Assembly: GCA_963763755.1 (NCBI GenBank)
Contig: CAVXQE010000002.1
Location: forward strand, 184,576 to 248,575
Length of the DNA: 64,000 bases
Source: an uncultured Gaiellaceae bacterium
GTDB lineage: Bacteria; Actinomycetota; Thermoleophilia; Gaiellales; Gaiellaceae
Direction: 5' to 3'
Position 1 is the stretch's first letter, and the number at the start of each line of letters is the position of its first letter. The notes under the pieces are model-generated. The model made no database searches. It was not told where the DNA came from and saw nothing but the letters and a program-made list of their open reading frames with translations. This document shows, piece by piece, positions 11,098 through 20,456 of this stretch. A program made the translations under genes and the position numbers.

Positions 11098-11578
11098 GCC
11101 GTGTCGCACCGAGCCGGGCCGACGTCCTGCTCGTCTGCTCGTCGGGAGGGCATCTCCAGCAGATGCTCGCGCTGAAGCCGGCCTGGGAGCCCGTACTCGC
11201 ACGTGTGGGTCACATTCGACAAGAGCGACGCCCGGTCGCTGCTGCGGGACGAGCACGTCGTGTACGCGCACTCGCCGACGAACCGGAGCCTCAAGAATCT
11301 CGCTACGCAACCTCGTGCTCGCCTGGCGTACGCTCGGAGCGTCCGTCCTCGCGTTCTGCTGACGACGGGCGCAGGCGTCGCCGTTCCCTTCGCGTGGCTC
11401 GGCCGGCTGCAGAGGCGTGCGGATCGTCTACGTCGAGAGCTTCACGCGGATCGAGGGGCCCTCGCTCACGGGCCGGCTCGTCGGCCCGATCGCGCATCGC
11501 GCCTACGTGCAGTGGCCCGAGATGGAGAGTCTCGTCCCCAAGGCGCGCTACGCCGGGAACGTGTTCGCTCGGCCATGA
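11094..11578 (+). CDS. Alg14-like membrane subunit of a split glycosyltransferase (frameshifted)
   Basis: ADVLLVCSSGGHLQQMLALKPAWE, WVTFDKSDARSLLRDEHVVYAHSPTNRSLKNL, RVLLTTGAGVAVPFAWLGRL, IVYVESFTRIEGPSLTGRLVGPIAHRAYVQWPEM. The stop overlaps the next ATG (ATGA at 11575-11578). Confidence 0.65.
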
Positions 11579-12010
11579 TCTTCGTCTCCGTCGGCACACA
11601 CGAAGCGCCGTTCGACCGCATGCTCCGAGCGGTCTACGACCTCGAGCTCGACGAGGAGCTCGTTGTCCAGTACGGCCCTTCGACGATTCGGTCGGAGCGG
11701 GCGCTGGAAGCCGAGTACCTCTCGTTCGACGAGGTCGTCGAGCTACATCCGGCAGTCGCGTGCCGTCGTCATGCACGCGGGCGTCGGCTCCGTGATGATC
11801 TCGCTCGCGAACGGCAAGCGGCCGATCGTGATGGCCCGGCGGCAGCGAGTTCGGCGAGCACGTGGACGACCACCAGCTCGAGCTCGCGCGGCGGATGGAG
11901 GCGAGCGGGCTCGTCACCTTCGTCGACGACGCCGTGCCGCGTTGGCGGACGGCGCTCGCAGGCGACAGTCAGCCCGCGGGGCGGATGAGTGGCGTTCCGT
12001 GGCTCGGCGA
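11575..12010 (+). CDS. Alg13-like / Glyco_tran_28_C catalytic subunit of a split glycosyltransferase (frameshifted; 3' end uncertain)
   Basis: MIFVSVGTHEAPFDRMLRAV...EELVVQYGPS...VVMHAGVGSVMISLANGKRPIVMARR...HVDDHQLELARRMEASGLVTFVDDA. Confidence 0.65.
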
Positions 12011-12113
12011 CGACCTCGCGCGGTATCTGGCCGAGCAGCTCGGTGCGCCGAGCCTCTCGGCGACGCCTGCGCATCTCCTAGCTCTTCGCCCGATCGGCGG
12101 CTCAGGTCGTCGT

Positions 12114-12250
12114 GGGTTTGGTTCAGCCGGCTTCGTCGGCGCCGGCGTCGGGTGCGGTGCCGGTGGGGCGGGTCTGGCCGTCGATGTCGCGGTTGGGGTA
12201 GTTGGTGGGGTCGCCGGCGTTGATGGCGGCGGAGCCGGCTGGCGAGGTGG
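12114..12250. repeat. about 135-nt segment roughly 95% identical to 14904..15044 (3' ends of beta-helix paralogues)
   Basis: gggtttggttcagccggcttcgtcggcgccggcgtcgggtg... is shared. I counted about six mismatches by eye. Confidence 0.8.
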
Positions 12251-14792
12251 AGGTTGTTGTTGAGGTCGAGTGAAGCCGGGGGCGGCGTTCTTGTCGGTGG
12301 CGCCGCAGGTGCCGCCCTGGATGACGTTGTAGCGCCAGTTGATCGCGGAGCCGTTGTCTTCGGCGGTGCAGTTGCTGGCGCGGAGGATGTTGCCGATGAT
12401 GTCCATGCCCGGTGCCGGGACCCGACCCGTCGAAGATGAGGATCGGGCCGGCGATGCGAGTTGTAGCGGAGGTCGATGTTGGCGAAGTCGTCTCATCTGG
12501 ATCGCGTAGGGGTTGCCGGAGGCGTAGAAGAAGTTGTTCTCGAGCAGGATGTTCTTGGGTCATGCGCCGGCTGCCGGTCCAGGCCGATGGTGCAGGTCGG
12601 CGGTGGCGCCGAGGCCGCCGTTGCCGGTGCCGCAGTTTTTGAAGGTCGAGTTGCGGATCGTGACGTCGTCGCCGCCGAGGATCTGCAGGCACTCGACGTG
12701 CTCGCCCGAGACTGCGAGTGCCAGTCGTGGAAGTTGACGCCGTCGAAGAGGATGTTGCGTGGCGCGGCGGTGTCGGAGCCGCCGTTTTGGAGGTGTGAGT
12801 GGTAGCCGCAGGCGCCGCAGGTGATCTCGCCGCCGATGATCGAGATGTTCGAGGGCCCTTGCATCCACATGACCGTGGTTGATCACGTTGCGGAGCGTGA
12901 TGTCGTCGGCTGGAGCGGGGGAAGTTGACCTGGTGCGATGGTCATGTCGCGCACCTCGAAGTGCGCCCCGTTTGCCTCCAGCTCACCCGTCATCGTCACC
13001 GCGGCACCACGTGCGCCGGCCGGAAGACGACGTCGTTGGCCGAGGTCTTGGAGCCGTCCGGGTTGATCGGCTGGCCCGGGTAGGAGCCGGCAGCGACCTC
13101 AACGGTCGCCCCCGCCGCCGCGACCCGGTAGGCACGATCGAAGCGAGCGGCAGGGCGCAGCCTGCGTGCACGCGCTCGCGTCCGAGCCCGAAGGCGAGAT
13201 GAAGACGCTCGCCGAGCCCGAAGGCGGCGGCGGGCAGGCGCTCGTCGCGGCGGTGAGCTGTCGCCTTGTTCGAGCGGTTGCCGGCGGCGTCGTAGGCGTC
13301 GATGGCGAGTGTGTAGCTGCTGCCGCAGGCAAGGCCGGTGTAGGTGTGGCTGGTGGCGGTGGTGTTGGCGATCAGGGCTGGTGTTTTGGTAGCGGCCGTA
13401 GCCTGTGACGGCGGTGTTGTCGGTCGCGGCGTTCCAGCTGAGTGCGAGGCTGGTGGTGGTCGCACTTGTCAGCGTCAGGTTGGTCGGTGCTGTCGGCGCT
13501 GTCGTATCGCCACCCGCTGCACAAGCGCTGGTCGAACTCGTCAGCGCCGTCTTCCCGGAACGGTTACCCGCCGCGTCATAGGCATCCACCGCAAGCGTGT
13601 AACTCGTGCCACAGGCAAGACCGGGGACGGTGGAGCGTGTGAGCGTGGTCGAGCCGACGAGGCTGCCGTTTCGGTAGACGCCGTAGCCGGTCACGGCGAT
13701 GTTGTCTGTGGCGGGGTTCCAGCTGACCGTGAGGCTTGATTGGCTGGCGGCGCTGACGAGCAGCCCGGCTGGTGTAGCTGGTGGGAGCACATCGCCACCA
13801 CCACCACCACCACTACCGCCACCGCCACCGCTGCCGCCGCCGCCGGTGCAGGTGCTTGTGCCGGCGGTCTTGCTGGTGCGGGTTGAGTGGTTGCCGGCTG
13901 TGTCGAAGGCTTCGACCGCGAAGCTGTAGCTGTTGCCGCAGGCCAGGTTTGTGATCGTCAGTTGGGTTGTTGTGAGGGTGATGCTGAGGAGGCCGTCGCG
14001 GTAGACGCGGTAGCCACTGAGGGCGAGGTCGTCGCGGGAGGCGCCCCAGCTGAGGCTGATCGAGTTTGCTGTTGTGGCATTGATGCTGATCGCTCCGGGC
14101 GCGCTTGGTGGGCTTGTGTCGGTGAGGGTGGCGATCGTCTTCGTCTTGGTCTTGGCGCGAGCGGCCTTGGCCAGGGCCAGATAGCTGCTGAGGCTGGGCT
14201 GGCTTGTGGAGCCGACAGTGACGAGCAGATCGAGGCTGGGATCCTTGGCGGCGATCTGGATGGCCGGTGTCCAGGCCTTGCGGTCGAGTCGGGCAGCGGC
14301 CGGCCGCGCGAGCGCGAGGATGTGCGTCTTTGTCTTCAGACCCTGCAAGAAACGAAGCTGGCCCAGGCCGCTGAGGCGGAGGACGACGAAATCGGCGAGA
14401 TTGCGGCGCGCAAGCTTGACCGCCAGCTTCGGCGAACCCGCACGCAGAGCACAACTCCGCCCCAGACCGCGCCGCTCAGCACGACACTGAGCCGCAAGCG
14501 CGGCACCAGCAGGCCGCGGCAGCGCCACAAGCAACCCCGCCCGCCGCGCCAAACCAGCCAGTCTCGCCTGCTCCCGCACACCAACCCGCGCCGGATCAAC
14601 AACGACAACATTCACGCCCTGCTTGTGCAACCGCGTGAAATCAGCCAGCGCCGCAGGCTTGCCGGCCGACAACTCCACCCCCCACAAAGCAGATGGTGTC
14701 GCGGCAACAGCAACATTCCAACACAGCGACAGCACTGCGACCAAAACACTCGCAGCAACCAAAACGCGCTTGCAACTGGGTGCGGCTCCCAT
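12123..14792 (-). CDS. secreted protein: unknown N-terminal domain - 3x FN3 - beta-helix (paralogue P2; frameshifted)
   Basis: ORF 12996..14792 starts MGAAPSCKRVLVAASVLVAVLSLCWNVAVAA (signal-like), followed by about 200 aa of unknown domain. There are three FN3 units (SISLSWGASRDDLALSGYRVY...; SLTVSWNPATDNIAVTGYGVY...; SLALSWNAATDNTAVTGYGRY...) and a Gly-rich linker. The beta-helix part is GGEITCGACGYHSHL...EHVECLQILGGDDVTIRNSTFKNCGTGNGGLGATADL. It ends ...AINAGDPTNYPNRDIDGQTRPTGTAPDAGADEAG* at 12123. Confidence 0.65.
13261..13624. repeat. partner of the 5703..6064 near-identical segment
   Basis: See 5703..6064. Confidence 0.85.
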
Positions 14793-14851
14793 TGCACGCT
14801 CCTAGATCATCGAATGACGGCAAAGACATCGGTCATCCGCCACCCACCCGG

Positions 14852-14873
14852 CGATCACTCGATCGAGTGATCG
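14852..14873. promoter_or_regulatory. perfect 22-nt palindrome upstream of P2
   Basis: cgatcactcga|tcgagtgatcg has no loop. It lies 60-80 nt upstream of the P2 start codon (14792) and 40 nt downstream of the remnant gene's stop (14913). Confidence 0.3.
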
Positions 14874-14903
14874 AACCGCGGCGGCCAGCGCTGGTCTGCG
14901 TCG

Positions 14904-15044
14904 GGGTTTGGTTCAGCCGGCTTCGTCGGCGCCGGCGTCGGGTGTGGTGCCGGTGGGGCGGGTTTGGCCGTCGATGTCGTGGTTCGGGTAGTTGGTGGGG
15001 TCGCCGGCGTTGATGGCTGGGGAGCCGGCTGCGAGGTGGAGGTG
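14904..15044. repeat. partner of the 12114..12250 repeat
   Basis: See 12114..12250. Confidence 0.8.
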
Positions 15045-15202
15045 TTTTGGGTCATCGCGCCGACTCCGGTCCAGGCGATGTGCAGGTCGGCGGTGGCGCC
15101 GAGTCCGCCGTTGCCAGTGCCGCGTTTTTTGAAGATCGAGTTGCGGATCGTGACTCCGTCGGCGCCGAGGATCTGGAGGCACTCGACGTGCTCGCTCGGC
15201 AT
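14913..15202 (-). pseudogene. 5'-truncated, internally deleted remnant of a beta-helix paralogue
   Basis: It contains only PSEHVECLQILGADGVTIRNSIFKK.GTGNGGLGATADLHIAWTGVGAMTQN joined (in another frame) directly to LHLAAGSPAINAGDPTNYPNHDIDGQTRPTGTTPDAGADEAG*. The N-terminal half and roughly 110 central residues present in P2 are missing. Confidence 0.55.
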
Positions 15203-15407
15203 AGCGGCCCGAAGAGTTGAGGACCACAGCGCAAAACACGCAAGAGGTCAGCCCGTGACCGGGCACGGCGTAAGCACCGCTCTTGGCGAGCGAGGCGTGC
15301 GATGCAGTGAAACAGACCCCTTGCGACCCGCGGAACTGGGCGAAGCGAATCGCTATCGGATTAGAAGGTCGGCAACCTAGCCGTCCTTGGGCCGAGCGTC
15401 AAGCGTT

Positions 15408-18400
15408 CTACGAGTACACGGCTTGATACGTGGCAGTGGCGGCCGTGAAGACGGCGTACTCCACGCCCTTGATCGTCTGCACACGTACAGGGCACCGGGG
15501 TGCCGCCGAGCGTGATCGCGCTCAGCGTCCCGGACGGGCCCTGGATCGGCAAGCATCGTCTGCAGTCCGTTGGCGCCGGCGCCGACGGTCGTCGCGAAGG
15601 TCAGCGTGCCGGCGTTCCAGTTGAGGCCGCGGATCGTGGAGTCGTTCGCGTCCGTCGACCCAGTCGAGCAGTCTGCTTGTACGAGATCACCGGCACGCCT
15701 CGGGCCTGAGCGGCCGCGACGATGGCCTCGGCGCCGGCGTGCGGCGCCGGCGTAGTCGGTGTGCATGTTGGCGCCGAAGGCGCCGTAGTAGCCGTGCGGG
15801 CCGACGGCGTTGTCGAGCAGCGGCGTCGATCGTGGTCGGGATATTCGTTGTCCGACTCGTCGGTGAGGTTGGTGTTCTGCTGGTAGACGTCGATCGAGCG
15901 TTCCGTCGAGGTCGGCGAAGCGCATCGGGAAGCCGCCGCCGTTCATGAAGCCGGGCTTCGCGCCGATCCAGGTGCCGGGGTAGTGGTAGTAGTTCGCGTC
16001 CATCCGGATGCCGTGGGCGAGCTCGACCTTCGCGTTCGACGCCCAGTCGGGCCAGTAGACGCAGTGGGTGCGGCTCGAGACCGGCGGCGGCACGCTCGTG
16101 TACTTGGACTGGAACTGCGCTGAGCTGGGTGTCGTAATACGTGCGCGAGCTGCGGCCGCGGTGATCGGCGTCGGTCGGGCAGGACGCGACGACGGGTGGA
16201 GCGCGACCTCGAAGCCGTCCGACGTGGTAGGCGGCTGCCTGGGCGTTCGTCAGCGGGCACTTCGGGTAGAGGTACGAGGTCGAGCGCACGCACTCCCAGT
16301 CGGCGACCGAGCAGCCGGGCGGGCTGAGCGCCTTGAAGCGATCGAAGTTGCTCGGCGGTGCCGCCGGGAGCCTGCGGGCGAGTGGTCGTCGCCGCTCATC
16401 ACGACGACCGCCTTCTCGCCCCGCGGCAGGTACCAGAAGCGCGGCAGCGGCATCTTGTCGGCGTTCATCGACGTGATCAGGTTGACCAGCAGTCGCTGCT
16501 GCTCGTCGGCCTGCGGGATCGCGATCTTGCTCGTGTCGCAGCCAGCGTGCGAGTAGAACATGTCATCGGGGCGAATCCCGGCGACCCCGTCCCGCTCCGT
16601 CCCGGCCCAGGACGGGTTGCCCTGGCGGGTGTAGACGACCGAGCGCGCGAGGTCGAACGTGAACGCGGCCGCCTGGCCGCCGCTCGATCCCACGGAGCGG
16701 AGCGTCACAGCGGGGTTCGTCGTCGCGGTCGTGCTGTTCGAGTACAGCGTCGCGACTGCCGTGGCGCCGTTCAGCGTGTAGTTGTCGGCCGTCCCGTGGT
16801 ACTGCATCGTGCTGTCGACGATCCCCGCTCCGGGCGGAACGGTTGCATCGACCTTGAGGTAGGCGTTCGAGCGGGTACCGCTGGCCGCTGTGAGCCCGAG
16901 CAGGCCGGCCAGCTGCTTGTCCGGCCGCATCGCGATCAGGTTGCCCCCGCCGTTGACCCAGCCGGTCAGCGTCGTCACCTGCGACGCGCTCAGCGGCGCC
17001 TCTCCGAGCACGACGACGTCGAAGCCGCTCAGGAGCGCAGGCGACAGGAAGGAGACGTCGATCGTCGTGAAGGCGTTCAGGCCCTCGTTGCGGAGGATCT
17101 CCCCCAGGTAGGTGCCGAACGGCCTCGCGGTGGAGGTCACCACGAGCAGCTGCGGCGGTGACGCCTCGATCGTGAACGACCAGCACGACGCTGGCGGCGA
17201 GTGCGTTGCCGGCGACGTCGGTGACGCCGCCCGCGCCGCCCTTGACGGTCGCGGTGTACGTCACGCCGTACGCGAGAGCGCTCTGCGGCGTCAGCGTCGC
17301 CTTCTGGGTGGTGGCGTTGTAGGCGACGGTGGCGGGTACGACCGCGTTCGACGCGTCCTTGAGCTGGAACGTCGTCGACGTGATCGAGCTCGCCTTCATC
17401 GGCTCGTTGAACGTCGCCGTGGGCGCGGTGCCGGCGTTGACTCCGCTCGAGCCGGCGGCCGGTGTCGTCCCGGTCACGGTCGGCGGGATCGACTCGGGCT
17501 GGATCGCGGACGCCATGTCCGCCTGGATCTCGGCGGGGCTGAGGGCGCGGTCGTAGATGCGGACGTTGTCGATCAGCCCGTCGAAGAAGCCCGTCGGGCT
17601 GCCGCCGTAGGCACCGAGCCGCCAGTTGTTCGAGCTGCCGACGCCGGAGGTGAACGTCGTGCTGGCCACCTCGACGCCGCCGACGTAGAAGCGCGCGACG
17701 CTGCCGTCGTACGTCGCGGCGACGTGCTCCCACTGGCCGACGGTCGGCGTCCGCCCGGAGTCGAGGTAGGACGCCATGCTTCCCCCGAGCGTCAGGTAGT
17801 AGTGGCCCGCGATGTGGTCGACCCAGATCATCGGCCCGTTCCCGTTCCAGGAGCCGAGCACCGCGACGTCCTTCTTGGACGTCTGCTTGCGCACCCACGC
17901 CTCGTAGCGTGAAGCCGGTCGTGTAGAAGGTGCCGAGGGCAGGTACGTCGATGCGGTCGCTGACGCCGTCGAACGACGCGGCGCCGCCGAACTGGCCGCT
18001 CGTCCACGTGGTGCCGACCGTCGTCGCGGTCAGGTTGTTGCCGGACGAGTCCGTGGCGAGCGTGCCCGAGGTCTCGTTGAGGGCGTACGCGACGCGCAGG
18101 CCGGCGGGGGAGGCGCCTGTGTTGGTGACGGTGACCGTCACCGAGCTGGATGTCGTGGTGTTTCCGCTCGTGTCGCGCGCGACGGCGGTCAGCGTGTGGG
18201 AGCCGTTGAGCTGCGCGCGCGTGTCCCAGGAGATCGAATAGGGCGCGGTCAGATCCTCGGCGCCGACGTTGACGCCGTCGACCCGGAACTGCACGCCGGC
18301 CACCGCGACGTTGTCGGTGGCGGTGGCGCTGATGGTCGTGAGTCCCGGACACGGTTGCGCCAGCGGCCGGAGCGGTGATCGACACGGTCGGCAGCGTCGT

Positions 18401-20306
18401 GTCGGCGGCGGTCACCGACGCGCCGGCCTGATTCGAGGCGGGGCCGACGTTGCCGGCGCCGTCCTCGGCGGTGACCTTGTAGTAGTAGGTGCCGGCAGCG
18501 AGGCCGGTGTCGGTGTAGCTCAGGCCGGTCGGCTGCGCGATCCGGTTGCGCCACCGCAGGGGTGAAGCCGGACGTCGTCGAGCGGTGCACGTTGTATCTG
18601 GTGACGCCGACGTTGTCGGTCGCGGCACCCCAGCTCGAGCGCTGACCTGGCCGAGGCTTCCGGTCGCGGTCAGCGTGCCGGGCTGGCTCGGCGGGGTCGT
18701 GTCCGTCGGCGGGACCGGCGGTGTCACTCCGTGGTCGCGGTCGAACTGGATTTCGCCGGCGCTGAGCGCGCGGTTGTAGATGCGGACGTCGTCGACCACG
18801 CCGTCGAAGAAGCCGCCCGGGCTGGCGCCGTAGGCGCCGATCCGCCAGGTGTCCGAGTTGCCGACGCTGCCGGAGACCGCGCGCGAGGCCACCACGGCCC
18901 CGTCGATGTAGTAGCGGGCGGTCGTCCCGTCGAAGGTGGCCGCCAGGTGCTGCCACTGCCCGACGAGCGGGCTCTGCCCCGAGTCGAGGTACGAGGAGAG
19001 GCTGCTGCCGAGCGTCGCGTAGTGATGGCCGGCAAGGTGGTCGACCCAGAGCATGGGCCCGGTGCCGGTCCAGGTGCCGACGACCGCCGACGTCCTTCTT
19101 GGCCGTGGTCTTCTGCACCCACGCCTCGAGGGTGAAGGCGCTGTTGTAGAAGGTGCCGAGGCTGCCGAGCGCGACGTTGTCGTCGACGCCGTCGAACGAG
19201 AGCGCGCCGCCGCTGTGGCCGGTCACCCATGCCGCACCGCCGCCGATCGCCCCGTTCTTGCCGTTGCCCGACGCGTCGTTCGCGGTCGGCACCGGATCCC
19301 TCGTCGAACGCGTACGCCGCGACCAGGCCCGTCGTGGCTCCGCAGGCCGTCGTGGAGCCGCTCGACCGAGGCGCGCGGGGAGGTGTTGCCCGCCGCGTCG
19401 AAGGCCTCCACCTCGAGCTGGATGGCCGGTGGAGCAGGCCAGGCCGGTGACGGTGAACGAGGTGGCGGTCGTCGTCCCGGCGGCAGCGCCGTCGACGTAG
19501 ACGTTGTAGCCGGAGACGCCCGTGTCGTCCGTCGACGCTGTCCACCCGAGCGAGATCGAGGTCTGCGTGCTTCCGGTGACGGCGAGATTTCCGGGTGTGG
19601 TGGGTGCGCCGGGGTTGGTGATCCCGAGCGGCTGGCTCATGTCGGCCTGCACCTCGGCCGCGCTCAGCGCGCGGTCGTAGACACGAATCTCGTCGATCAC
19701 GCCGTCGAAGAAGCCGCCGGGGACGCTGCCGTAGGCGCCGATCCGCCAGGTGTTCGACGTGCCGACGGCGCCGGAGACCGTCTCGTGACGCCACCTCGGC
19801 GCCGTTGATGTAGAAGCGCGCCGTCGTGCCGTCGAAGCGTGGCGGCGAGATGCTGCCACTGCCCGACGAGCGGGCTCTGCCCCGAGTCGAGATACGAGGA
19901 GAGGCTGCCGCCGAGCGTGAGCTGGTGGTGCGTCGCCAGATGGTCGATCCAGAGCATCGGCCCGTTGCCGGCCCACGTGCCGACGATCCCGACGTCGTTC
20001 TTCGTCGTTGCCTTCTGCACCCAGGCCTCGAGCGTGAAGGCCGATGTTGTAGAAGGTGCCGAGGGCCGGAAGGCCGACGTAGTCATTCGTGCCGTCGAAC
20101 GAGAGTGCGCCTCCGTAGCGGCCGGTCGCCCACGTCGCTCCGGTCACCGCTCCGGTGCGCCCGTTGCCGGATGCGTCCGTCGCGGTCGCCCCGGAGCCCT
20201 CGTCGAATCGCGTACGCCGCGACAAGGCCTGGCGCAGGCGCCCCAGGCAGGAGCAGCGACCGCAAGGCCGAGCCAGGCAGAACACCATCGCCAATCCGAA
20301 ACGCAT
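15408..20306 (-). CDS. giant secreted multidomain protein X1: SP - LamG - FN3 - LamG - FN3 - Ig-like - LamG - Big_5-like Ig - about 600-aa C-terminal module (many frameshifts)
   Basis: Start MRFGLAMVFCLA (ATG at 20306). Three LamG-type blocks read LVAAYAFDEGSG...ALSFDG...FTLEAWVQK...GPMLWVDHL...WRIGAYG...FFDG.IDEIRVYDRAL. FN3 motifs are TASTDDTGVSGYNVY and YNVHRSTTSGFTP...GTYYYKVTAEDGAGN. The Ig-like unit is VQFRVDGVNVGAEDLTAPYSISWDT...HTLTAVARDTSGN. The C-terminal module runs ARPFGTYLGEILRNEGLNAF to ...TVQTIKGVEYAVFTAATATYQAVYS*, with the stop at 15408. Confidence 0.7.
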
Positions 20307-20456
20307 CAGTTCAGTCCCGCTCCCCGCAGATTGTCCAGCAGCCCGGCGCCGCCCCAGCGCCGACTCCCGGATCAGCCTCATTCTCCGCTGCGTGTCGCCT
20401 GCCGGGACAACGGGCGTCAGTCCAGGATCTGCCTAGCCGACCGATGAGGTCGGTTT

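Noticed and set aside
9988-11310. Long antisense ORFs opposite recognisable genes. Examples are 9988..11310, 8725..9414, 35678..36817, 44076..45119, 58794..60092 and 60186..61460.
   Set aside because: All are Arg/Pro/Gly/Asp-rich and low in complexity. They overlap well-supported genes on the other strand (asnB/GT2, Gfo-like, EamA, MBOAT, DUF459) and have no motifs or plausible RBS.
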